Below are positions 47,068 to 58,602 of a stretch of DNA of 64,000 nucleotides, piece by piece (positions within the stretch are counted from its first letter, which is position 1; every line of letters starts with the position of its first letter). Origin of the DNA: Lepidodermella squamata (lineage: Eukaryota > Animalia > Gastrotricha). The position numbers and the translations under genes are program-made. Location of the stretch: contig JBLDXI010000017.1 in NCBI GenBank assembly GCA_047495785.1, forward strand, positions 1,860,001 through 1,924,000, given 5' to 3'. The notes beneath the pieces are model-generated. The model was given only the letters and a program-made list of their open reading frames with translations, searched no databases and was not told the DNA's origin.

Positions 47068-49444
47068 TCAGTCATCTTCCAGTTGATAACATGGCCTAGG
47101 CATGACGTCGACTCCGTCAATCGCAATTGCAGACATCCAGGATTCGCCTGATTTAGCCTCAAAAATTAATTGAAAGTTAGCAGACTCCAGCACATCCAAT
47201 TTGGCTCGAAGCCAAGAATCGTCAGTATCACAACTTGCTTGTGAAGAGCTGGCCGAGAATGACGCAATTAGTCGAGGATTGCCAGTTAACGCCTTTGTGA
47301 GAACATTTAGAGAGTCGTGAGGGACATTGCGGAACCATCCAGTTAATTTATAGGAAAACCTCAAGCAAAAGCGTGAAGTCCTCGCCGCAACGGAGTTAAT
47401 AATTGATGTAGTTATAGTATCCGGTAACCGGATAGATTCTAAACCAGGTCTGCTGATCACTGAAGGTGAAGGCAACATGTAACCATTAGAGATTTGGGCG
47501 AAACATTCATCAGCCTCCAAGTCATCTGAACATATCGCGGACTTGACATAAGTATTATTAGTCGTTTTCCATCCACCGGATACGGTAAAGCTACAACCTC
47601 TGAAGCCAGACAGGAAGGAACAACGGATCAGGGGCTGTGATGATGACATCAGACCTTGGCTTGCTGTGGTCATTCTTCCCTGTTTTGGTCGGCGTGCATT
47701 TTGAGTAGGAGGATTTCCGCTCCCACTGCCACATTCACTTTTACTCAGGATGATATCGTCAATCGCAATTAAAGAGCCGCCGCCTCCTGATGTTGCAGAA
47801 AACTGAAGAATGAACTGATAATCAACATTTGCCGGGACCTTTGCCTCAGCCCTCCTCCATTGTTGTTTCACTGAATCGTCAATTGAGATGAGTCGTTGCG
47901 GATCTTTCCCGTTTGAATCTAGTATGGTTAGGTTCAACGAGGCCGGTTGCCACGTTCTCGCGCCAATGAAATACCAGTACGAGATGCATTGAACTCTTTT
48001 CGGGTCAAATTCTGCGGTTTGCATTATCGCCACAGCTCCGCGGGTTCCATCCTTTATTATCCCAACTCGTCCCTGGCCTGAGTTTGACGTATGGTCTGTT
48101 ATTCCATTAGTCCTACCTGCAGACTCAGTCCAACTAAATGATCCTTCTCTTTTTGTTAAAGTGAATTGAAGACTTGTCCCGCAAAGATCGGCTTGCTCGA
48201 AGTCGCATACAGTGTCTCGGATTTCACGAACCTGGACAGCTGGTCTGTTGAGACAGGGTGTCGTAGTCACTATGAAGTCATCCAACCCGATGTCACCATC
48301 CTGAGACCCTGAGTTTGACGCAGCTTCAAACCGTATTTTATAGGCCTCAGTAAAACCATCCAGGTTCAACTCAGCTTTCATCCACTCACTTCCTTTGCTT
48401 CCGGATGCAGTGAATAGAGTCATAGATGCTCCGAGGTTTTCTTCAAGAAGAATCTTGACATTCAGCCTACCGACATCTCTGCCATACATAAAATACCAGA
48501 ATGACAAGCACTTGAACCCAGAATTTTCCGGGACTGATGTTTGAATAGCTGCGTTAACCTGGATATTTCTATCCGGTTTGAACAGTAGGTAGTACCCATC
48601 GCCAGTTTTCTTCGTGTGGTCAGAGGGAACGGCGTAGTCACTTGATTCATCGGATTTGCCGCTAGAACGTCGCCACGATTCTTCTACGGACCATTGGCAG
48701 AAATTGTCCTCGAAATCGCACGAAAACCCAGGTACAATCGGACTTTTCGTTGTCGTAGGCGGTAAAGTTCGCCGGGTTGTTCTAGGGGTGGTTGTAGGAG
48801 GGGCTGTTGGGGATGGGTTAGCAGTCGGTATTCCAGGCAAATTCAAACAGTTCTCAGTGGCTAAAACGTTATCAATCCCAACGAACCCAGTGCCATTTCG
48901 ATTGCTCTTCACCCGGAAAAACAGGGCCGTCAAATCTTTCGAGTCCACAGCGATTCTCACTTGCTGCCAATTGCGATAGGGATCGGCGTTAACGTCATTC
49001 TCCGATGACCATATTACGTAATTTCCGTAACGATGTTCGCCCCAAAGCCGTAGAACTGCGACATCGTCAAAATAGGACCCGGCAGCTCCTTCCTCTGAGA
49101 ATCGGTACCAGAAGGATAAGCAGCCGAAGGTTAAGGTCTCAGCTTTCAAACATCGGTAGTCGTAATTCGTCTTCGGATCATTCAGAGTCACGCCGACGAA
49201 TGCGCTATTCAACGGGCCATTTTCGATGGAAATCGTTCGATTGAAAGACCGCCAGTTCGTTTGATTTCCAATCGAAGCCCATCCGCAAATTCCTCTTTCA
49301 AATCTATAAAAATCATTCCCCCTTAAACTTTCTCCGTATCATATTTACTAAAACTAGCCTGCAAGATACAGAACAGTCTTCGGATTGGGCTGCAGTTAAT
49401 GTCGCCAGAAAAGCAGAAATAACTGCCCAAAGTAGTTTTGGCAT
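47068..49444 (-). CDS. Secreted MAM-only protein (4 MAM domains); GC-AG intron 49304-49358
   Basis: Signal MPKLLWAVISAFLATLTAA (ATG 49444). Spliced SC-R-FERGICGW, then MAM repeats CDFEDNFCQW, CDFEQADLC and CSF with the typical ...IAIDD... endings. Confidence 0.85.
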
Positions 49445-52400
49445 TCTACCTGATGGCGAGATTGATAATGCAAGGTTGCACTCTAGGTCATAGTATTTAC
49501 ATGTGTGCTTTCTTTTGCTTCAGTTTTTCATTTCGCGTTTAGTGCGGGTGTTAAAAACGTGTCATTGTTCACGTGTTTTTTGTTTCTTATTCATTGGTTT
49601 CAAAGCAGGATGTTGCAAATGGGGAGAAAACTCATTACAGAGTTTTAATCGAATTTCCTTGCCATTTGTTACCAGACGCCTTAATTTATACCTATGTCGC
49701 ATTTTCGGAATCAAATTATATTGAATCGATCGAATTGTACGCATCATATTGCTCTTCAGGGTGTCTCAAATGTCGCCGAACTGAATGACCCTTTTCCGTG
49801 GGGCGAGATGTCAACGAAATTAAGTTGTCGCCATGTCGCGACGCAACTGTCTCCTTAAAAATATAATATTATATACCACACTAATTAAGCCGCGTGTGCA
49901 CACCGGATATTAAGATCCGCGCCATATGTCGCGAAAATGTGAAGTGCATACATACACACGCATCGGGTATAATATTTACTCGAAAAACAGCAGCAGCAGC
50001 AGCATTCAATCACTCACGTCAAAGCGAGATTAAAGTTTCATCGGTTAAGGCGGCGGGGTCTCGTGTCGCCGGATGAATTACTAGTTGGTTTATCGTGTCA
50101 AATGCGTGCTAATAACTTAAACGCTGAAACTATTTACTACTACTACAGTCGGGCGAATTGATTGACGAGAATCAGGATCGTCGTTTAATAAGCACGTTCG
50201 ATGTAAATGTATAAAAACATCCAGATGTTGTATTTACAGTAGAAGGGAATTGTTTTATTATACGCGGGCGCGCGCGCAGGCTTTGAGGGCTGCGATTTAT
50301 TTGACAATAAATATTATAACGCGATGCTAACCCGCGGCAACACGCGCACGCGCGCATCCTTGTCGCGTTCTATTTTGTGTCAACACAAATCGCGCACAAA
50401 CCGCCTTAAACGCCGCTGTTGTAGTGTATCAAATTTCTTCCTGATTGTTGATTACATAATAAATCAGCAATTGCACCCAAAATTATTTCCTGTTAAGTCG
50501 CCGTTTACACACTTGTATCCTTTTCACCAATGGCGCCTTTCATCAATCAGCCACGCTCCAATGATAACGCATTCGACGCATTTATTACAGCTCGCAATTT
50601 TTCTACCTTTGCGGTACAGACAAATAAGGATATATTAGGTGGTATTTTGTAACCACCTCACGATCCTTATTCCTATTCGCAGTGCGCGTGATTATAGTAA
50701 TTCGGCGTTTTTTGGGTGTTGATTGAGAATTCGAACTCAATATCACCAGGTGCATTGGCTATATTGGTAGCCCCTTAATCTTTACTATCGGACATCGAAA
50801 AACATTGATTTATCTTCCTTAACTAATCGTACCTTTTCAAGTGCAGAGAAATGACACTTATCCTCATTAGCGGAGTAGTAAAATCTTTCCTTCAAGCTTG
50901 TACTGATCAATCCCGATAAAGGAAACAAACAAAGTTGTGCGTGTTAAGATCACATCGAAAATCTTTTGGTGCTCGTTCATATTTTATAGAAAGATATTAA
51001 TTAGTGCGCGATATTCGCGATCATTAGCGCGAAGCAGGATTAGGAATTCCCCACAGCTTGATATCTCGATCGAACAAACCGTTACTTCTAAAATCCCAAT
51101 TTTGCACCTAACCATTCGTCTTCAATTTTAGCTTTTACCTCGCTTATGCGATAAATAATTGAATTGCAATTGCAATAGACAAAAGGCTATTAACGGGCAC
51201 TTCTAGCACCCTTTCGTTAAATTTTTTTGTCGCCACTTTCAAGTCACCTTGCGCCTTTTATTTACTGTGCGCATTTGTTTACGTGCGATGTTGTATTTTT
51301 CAACAACACCTGTCGACCAGAAGCACACCGGCACGCTTTATAAACCCTAAATGAAAACCTATTAGGTCGATATATATTATTAGAGTATATAGAAGCGGCA
51401 AAACGCAAAGGCGAAAGGCACCGCGCAAAATAATATACCTTATTTTTTTGACACACCAACGCCTGAGGCGCTCTCGAGTTAAAAAAAGCACGTTGTCAAG
51501 AGTTTTGTTTGCCGAATTTCTTGTTGCGCGTTATGCAGCTTTCATCCGTCGCGGCGCGTTACACACACATGATGCGCGCACACATGTCAAATGTCAAATT
51601 ATTTACTGCGTATTTTCATTAGGATGACAAAGGATCTCTTTTGCCCGCCGCCGCTGAATGGCGCACAGGAGTGGCGTGAAATGCTCTTCAAGGCGTCGTA
51701 TAATCTTCATTCATTGCCTAATATAAAAAGCTGCGACTATTAATCGCAGCCTTGTCATCAAAGAAAACAACGAGAACATATATCGTTGCATTCCTATTGT
51801 ATCTGTTTTGTCCCAGCGCTTAAGTGGCTTCTTTCTATGTCGCGTTTGTTCGGGTGCAGTGACGCCTCACTTTCCGAGGTTCGCTCTCGACAAGTTGACT
51901 GCAAGAATAAAAGAGCCGCCTTAAATAAATCCTATTTTTCTATCGTAAAGCTAATTATTTTTCTCACTGCGCGCTCGTAATATTATTATTATTATTATTT
52001 TGCGAAAAAAAAAATGGGCGAGAAAATTTTTAAAAATTCAACAGCGTCCTATACCTATGTAAGTAAACACTCGCGCCGATTGTATGACTGTTTGCTGAAG
52101 CAACAATTAGCGTTTTATTTAGGGATGCATTATTTACCGCTGTGTTTTAACGTTTTGTTTGCGTATAACAACAAACGGGGCGCGTTCTTTTCTTCTTCCG
52201 GCCCAGTTGCGCCTCTTCATCATATATGTTGGAGCTGCCTGGAGACCCACGCGGCTGAGACATTGATGCATAATCATCAACTCATTATTTTATCATGATC
52301 CACTTGAGCAAAGCACATTTTTCATATGATAATAACAAATCCTAAAACTGCCCATCAACATCATCGTCATCGCGCTATACAGCCTGTCTGCTGTGTTTAT

Positions 52401-53025
52401 TAAAAATACTATAATAAAAATTCATCGTTATTATTTTGTTCCTACACCCTGATTTTGCTGCTTGGGCGCCGCGTATATCATGTTGTAGTAATAATCAACA
52501 CGCGCGCGCGCCTCATTTTTTTATTGCATTAACATCATCACGCGCGCTCTCGCTCCCCTTAACCGCACCGCGCCACGCTAAAACAAAAATACTAAAACAA
52601 TCACAGCGGTGGTGTAATGGCGAGAAACTCCCGACGGCCACATAGGCGCGTATATTTTTGGCAACGCGATATCATCATCATCATCATTATTACGATCATC
52701 GAATCTGTGTTTTTATTGAATTATTTTTTCCATTAGTTGGTTCATCACATTCGCAATATTATACACACTCATCGAACAACGTTAACGCCTAAACCAGTTT
52801 ATTTATAGATCGCCGTTCGCGGTGTATAATATATTAAATTATTGTTATAAAATACACGACGCGAATCGCCGCCCGCGATTAGCACTGGCGATTTTTTCAA
52901 CGTTTATTCAAACCTATATTGGTTTATTTTCTCGATAGATTTGTTATTCTAGCAATAATGTTGAAGCCTGGCTGATTTTTTTCAATAACATGGCGTTGCA
53001 TTGATAGAGCAAGTGGATTGCGAAT

Positions 53026-56000
53026 ATGAAGTTATACCTGCTTGAGAAGTAAGTTGCAATTCTAGTTTTTCCGGTTTAATAGTTGGAAATATTTTCAATT
53101 ATTATCTCAAGACCATTTAGAGGGTGAGATGCATGCAATTTAATTTGTACGCTTTCTGGTGGATGGCAATTTAGCGATTTTTTAATAATACCAATTTTTG
53201 CATGATCGCATAAAAATTGATTAATAAATCATTAATTTAATGCCATTTGTTCCCATATGAGCGTCTGACCTAAATCGGGCGTTTTATGGCGGTATTATAA
53301 TTTTCCCGGGCTTTGATACTAAAATTATCGCTATAGGATATTGTCGCGAATGCTTCTATGGCTGCTGAAAAGTTTGAAAATTAATTTAAAATCTGAAAAA
53401 TCGATTCTATCCAGGTTCACTCGCTGCGTTAGCAGGTGCGCCTTGTTCTTCGTCTGCTCGATATTCCTCATCAGCATCAGTCTACTCGTTGTCTCGCTAT
53501 TCGTCCGCCATCCAAGCCAATCGCTTCAGAATCCTATCGAGGTATATAAACAATTTTTATTAAATTTTTGGTTATATAAGTCTTATAGGGCTTGGATGCT
53601 GAAAGCTCGCCACTGGGCCAGCGATTGCGGTCGTACCGGCAATTTACCGAATCGACAACATGGCAGCCGAAATTCACTAAAGTTACAACGGCTTACACGG
53701 CCGAAAATGCGAATATGCAAAACCTGATGCGGGCGGAAGTCGTTGAATTTTCATCGTCGCCTCGAAATGCTCGAATGGTTGTCAACCCAATCAGCGGCCA
53801 GCCAATAGATGCTACAACCGATGAGGAAGAGAACGCGCTAACTGCGACTGAAGTCATCACTCAGCCAACGTCGAGGCAGAAACAACGGCTGCTAGACGTT
53901 GCGGCCTGCGCCGGTTGGGCAGATGGCGGTTTAATCGCGAAAAATTCGCTACCGGTGCCATTTCGATCGGCAACAAATGACGACTTATTATCGCCGCAAA
54001 GCGTCTGGGCGTTGTGCCGGCTGGCGGAGAAAATCGAGCAGAACCCAGCCTACGCCCAGGTGTGTAGGCGCAAGCCGATTTCGAACGATGTCGATTTGAG
54101 TAGCGAAGATTCATCAACGACCGGCATTGAGGGGGATAATCACCTGAAAATGGACATAACAGCCGATTGCTGCCCGGTCATTTCTATTCACACGTTTTTG
54201 CAAATCGCCTTCCCGCAGCAGGATCCGTGCGAAAGTGCCAGTCGTGTTTCGTTAAGTCAAACTGAAAGCTTGCGGTCTGACATTTTCTTTTGCAAACGAA
54301 CAGCGGCTGATCCGAAGTTTTCGAACGAGACCTACCCGTTTTGCGTCGATTATAAACAACAAATCACCGCATTCCTAACTTTTCTTGCCGATAAAAGCTT
54401 TTTGAGGGTAAGACTTAATTACAGCGTGTCCCATAAGTAACGCAAACAAAGGAAAATCAGAAAAATCTTAGAAATATCGAAAATGCCATAAGATTAATAA
54501 TCACATACGTCTCTGAAGTATGAATGGGATGAAAAAATTCGAAGAAATTTGATCTAACCAGGTAAAAACCGAAAATTACCGAACCAGTTAGCATCGGGGT
54601 TTTCATGGTTTTCTCCGGTAAATTTTTAATTTTTTCGGTAAAATCGTGGATAAATTCAGTGGGCAATTCAAAAATTAGTTTAATTTCCTTAAAAAAAATT
54701 CGAAATAACAAAATGGTTGTGCGACTTATGGGACACGCTGTTTTTCTGAAATTCTGGAAATTTACTGAATTTTTCTTAAATAGGAAACTCAATCCTTAAT
54801 GACTTCAAACATTTGGCTACCGCTGAAAGATGAGTCTGAAAGCCATGATACTCAGGCAGTTCACGATCTTGAAGTTGTCGAACAGCTTATAGACGAGTTG
54901 AAGCAGCAGTCGAACATTTCATCGAAGCTTGAAATTATGTTCCAAATGCCGAAAAATCCTAATGTTGTGAATATTCAACGGCGAAGGAAAATGCTTGATC
55001 TGGCGACGGAATTTATTCGAACCCCGGAGACGGCCACCTTAATAGGAACAGCGACTCTGGCGACGTTTTTATTCCTTATCCTAGCGGCGAATTTGTCTAT
55101 TCTACGCGTTTTCGGCATGCTGTTCGCGTTTTTGAGCGTGTTTAGCTGCGGGTATTTCGCGTTTTTCGTCGCGTATGGTGTAGCGCCAACGCTGGTAGGG
55201 CTCGTACTCCCGTCGATTTACATCGCCAGCTTAATTTTCGACGCCTACTTCAACTTCACGGCTTCAATGACCGGATCAGGCGGTGACAATCGAGCGTTTC
55301 AAAACACGTTGCAATCAGCTATGAAGGCAACAATTGGCCCGCTCGCTCATTCGGCCCTGCTCCAGTCATGCGTGACCTTTGCGGCGATGGGCTTCCTAGT
55401 GGACGACGTATCAGGGGCTAGGCCTATTTGCCATTTAATTGCAGTTATGAGCTTGTTAACCTTCGTGGTTATGGTCCTATGGCTGCCAGCTACTTGGTCA
55501 TTATCTTTCCGCAATAAACAAAGCGTCTCAATGCCAATTGGCGATGCGGATGAGCAGGCTAAAATTTGCTGTGCCGCCTGCGAGGCGAGGTGCCATTCAG
55601 CCACGAAACAAGCTGCGTTCGGCCTGACGCCAGTTTTCGAGCGTATTGTAACCGGGATGACTTACCTAATCGTTCGATTCAACGCAGCGTTTTGCCTAGT
55701 TCCGTTTTTAATCATCGCCGGGTCTCTAGCCTCGTTATTCTACTTCGGAATTTCTCTCACGGCGGCTAATAGCGAATCAGCTGTTGTGAACCTATTTTCC
55801 CAACCTCCAGCTACATCAGCTTCGACTTTCCGCGCCAAACAGAAGACGTTATTCAGTTACGAGGACGAAAAAACGCGTTGGAAATCGCTGTTGAAAGACA
55901 CGAATCGAACTGATGTTGACCCGTTCTACGAGTGCACGAATCAATTTCAACGAATTTCGTTCATTTTCAAGAGTTCAAACTCGTTGAACGACGTCAGTGA

Positions 56001-58602
56001 CGATGTGTTGTTCTCCCGCGAGACGCAACTGTGGTTCCGCCGGTTTTGTAACGAAAGCCGCCATTGGCTGGAGACGGGCGGCGGGGGCGGCGAGGCTGGG
56101 CGGCATCGGGTCAAAGTTCACGCTTTGCGCGAATGCGCCGTCGAGCGGTTGATACCGTACTTCGAACAGCGCCCATGCGCACCGATGCGTGACTCGGAGG
56201 GTCAGCAGTTGACGAAAGACCCGTCGCCTTGCTGTCAGAACTTCAGATTTCCGTGGGACCCGGCTGTCTACAAACAGTGCCTTCGCCAGTATGTGATTGA
56301 TCAAATTTTCAAAATGGGCACTGAGCCAAATATCGATCTGCGATTCTCACGCGATGGAACTGTTGAGACTGGTTTCGCCGTCGAGTTCGACGTCGCGTTT
56401 CTTTCCATCAACCGAAGCGCTGGGGCGAGCAGAAGTTCTCAAGACTCAAGCTCATGTGCCCTTATGTCAGAACTTTACGAAAAAGCTGTTGCTTGGGTAA
56501 GTATTAAGAGATACTCTTAACTTTTTGGTCACCTTGAAATTAGGATCCCACCGCTAATTCCCAAAAAAACTCGTGATTTTTTCCGAATTTAGGGCTTAAA
56601 TTTAAATTGGCATTGAAATTTTAAATTTTAAACTTCGTAAAATTTAGACATTTTTTAATTTAAATTTAAATTTAGGGTTACATTTTTATTTTAGGATCCT
56701 CAATTTTAGAGCAAATATTTTGACCTTCAATTACATTTTTATTAAATTTTTTCTATAGCTTGATCACCAGCTGTTGTCTGCTCCTTACCAGCTTCGCAGT
56801 TCAGGAAGCGTTTTCGTTGTCAGTCCGCAGCTGAGCGGGCTCAATTTGCGAACTACGGCGGCCAACTGCCTGTTATTCGGCATTTTGGGCTGCTTGGGAT
56901 TTTGCGCTTTCAACGCCCTTTTGGGAACACTCAACATTGTCCACGCTACTTTCACGCTCATGGCTGTTTTTTGCGGCGTATTGGTAATTTTTCCTCTGAA
57001 CCAGATAATAATCACCTTAAAATGTGTATTCTCAATTTTCCAGATGGCTGGCTCAATGATTGCAGCTCTTCAGTGGGAAATTAGTCTGTATGAAAACGTG
57101 ATATTGGCTCTGTTCCTGGTACCAATGATCGCTAAAAGCTCAATTTTTGTGGCTATGACTTTCAGGTAAATTATTACAATGGCTTTAAAATGCTGATATA
57201 ATTCAGCTTTCAGCTTGTCCCATAACCTACCACTTTCCAACTTCTTTGAGAAAATTTATATATTTTTACAAAATCCAACCTTCGAAGTTCATTTTCCAGC
57301 CATTATCTGCGATTTATCAAAAAAAAACCAAAATTTATCGCAGAAAACTCGGAAAACCCGATTGTATCCGTTCGGTATTAAGCTGGATTTTTTCGGTATC
57401 TTTTAATTCATAAGTGACAAGATCCATAATTGGTTACAATTTTTCTTAAAAATATTAATTTTTTCAGACGATACTTCTACCTCTTGCGCTCGAATAACGT
57501 CTACGACAAAACGAGCGACTACAACGTTGAACCCGTCGCGCGGGCTACCTTCCACCATTCTGTACGCGTGCTATCACAGAGCTTCATCTTCGTCGCCTTA
57601 CTTTCAACACCGCTCATTTTCGACACCGGGTTCGGATTCGTGCAACGCCTCGCCCAGTTCCTGCTCATCGCCGCTACCTCGTCCTACTTCACCGCTCTTT
57701 TCTGTCTATTGCCTCTACTTTGCCGATTCGCCTACTGCACGTCAAAGTTCGGAATCGCCGCTTCGTTCGACCAGCCGAAAAGCCACCATGAAAAAGCAAA
57801 CTCGGAAAAGCGATACCCACCCCCGATTATCAGGCACTCACCCCCATCAAGTGCATCGCCAAAGTCTGGATCGACATCCTCCGGGCCGATTTCGTCTTCT
57901 TCCCGGCATTCGAACGACGCGGATGACCCAATTATTATTACGGCAAGAAATAACCGATTAAAGCCACAATCGACCCTGACTGGTTCCGGGCCTAGGATAA
58001 ACGGAATTTTACTCAATAACAACACCTATAACGGCCGGAAGAATAAGGATTCGACGAAGCGTCGAGCGAACAATTCGGAGCTATATAGCTCGGGTATTTT
58101 CAGTAACAGCAAGTCAAACGGGCACATTCCTAAAGCTTTAGAGCAGCTGATACCGCCAACTCGCCCGGAACCGGGTACTAGCGAGTTGATTTGGGTCCCA
58201 CGTTTCCCAACCGCCGGCGTGGCGTTGGAAGAATTTCGCGTGCTGAGCAGCCCGACGCCCGAGGAGGTCACGCCTCCGCCGACCTTTGACCTCGCGACGT
58301 CGTGGAGCGCGAGCTCGAACACGCAGTTCGGGGTCGCGGCGCTGCAACACCTTGAGAGTGAATTTCGGCCTAGGCCTTGCAATTTGGGCAATAATAAGCC
58401 GTGCAGCCAGTCGAAGAGCTTTCACGGCGCCGCGCTTACGGTGGCAACGACCGAGGTCAAATCAAGCGTGTCGAACGGCGAATCGCAAACTTTCCTATTC
58501 TCACCGGCTTACAAGCAACACCCCCACGGCGGCGGCGAATCGATAGCGCAATATCAACATCGAACATTGGGAAGAAATAGCAGCAATCACTTAACTCAAT
58601 GA
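53026..58602 (+). CDS. disp: Divergent Dispatched-family (RND/SSD) multipass membrane protein
   Basis: TM1 then NPIEGLDAESSPLGQRL (Dispatched DP..GFE.RGT.IGQRL type). ETQLWFRRFC and C.VE.L..YFE.RPC...PCCQNFRFPWDPAVYKQCL (Dispatched ECD2 type). Two TM bundles and a long S-rich tail. Exons joined by GT-AG introns starting from ATG 53026. Confidence 0.78.
54422..54740. mobile_element. MITE family 2 (Tc1/mariner-like ends), intronic in dispatched
   Basis: Perfect 17-bp TIR CAGCGTGTCCCATAAGT / ACTTATGGGACACGCTG. TA on the left flank, TT on the right. Confidence 0.8.
57211..57422. mobile_element. MITE family 2, degenerate intronic copy
   Basis: Begins CAGCTTGTCCCATAAC and contains the reverse complement of the internal ACCGAA..ATCGGGTTTT motif. 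Confidence 0.5.

Noticed and set aside
49500-52900. Short 60-105-aa ORFs in the large spacer
   Set aside because: No domains, coding-like composition or splice-consistent chain.
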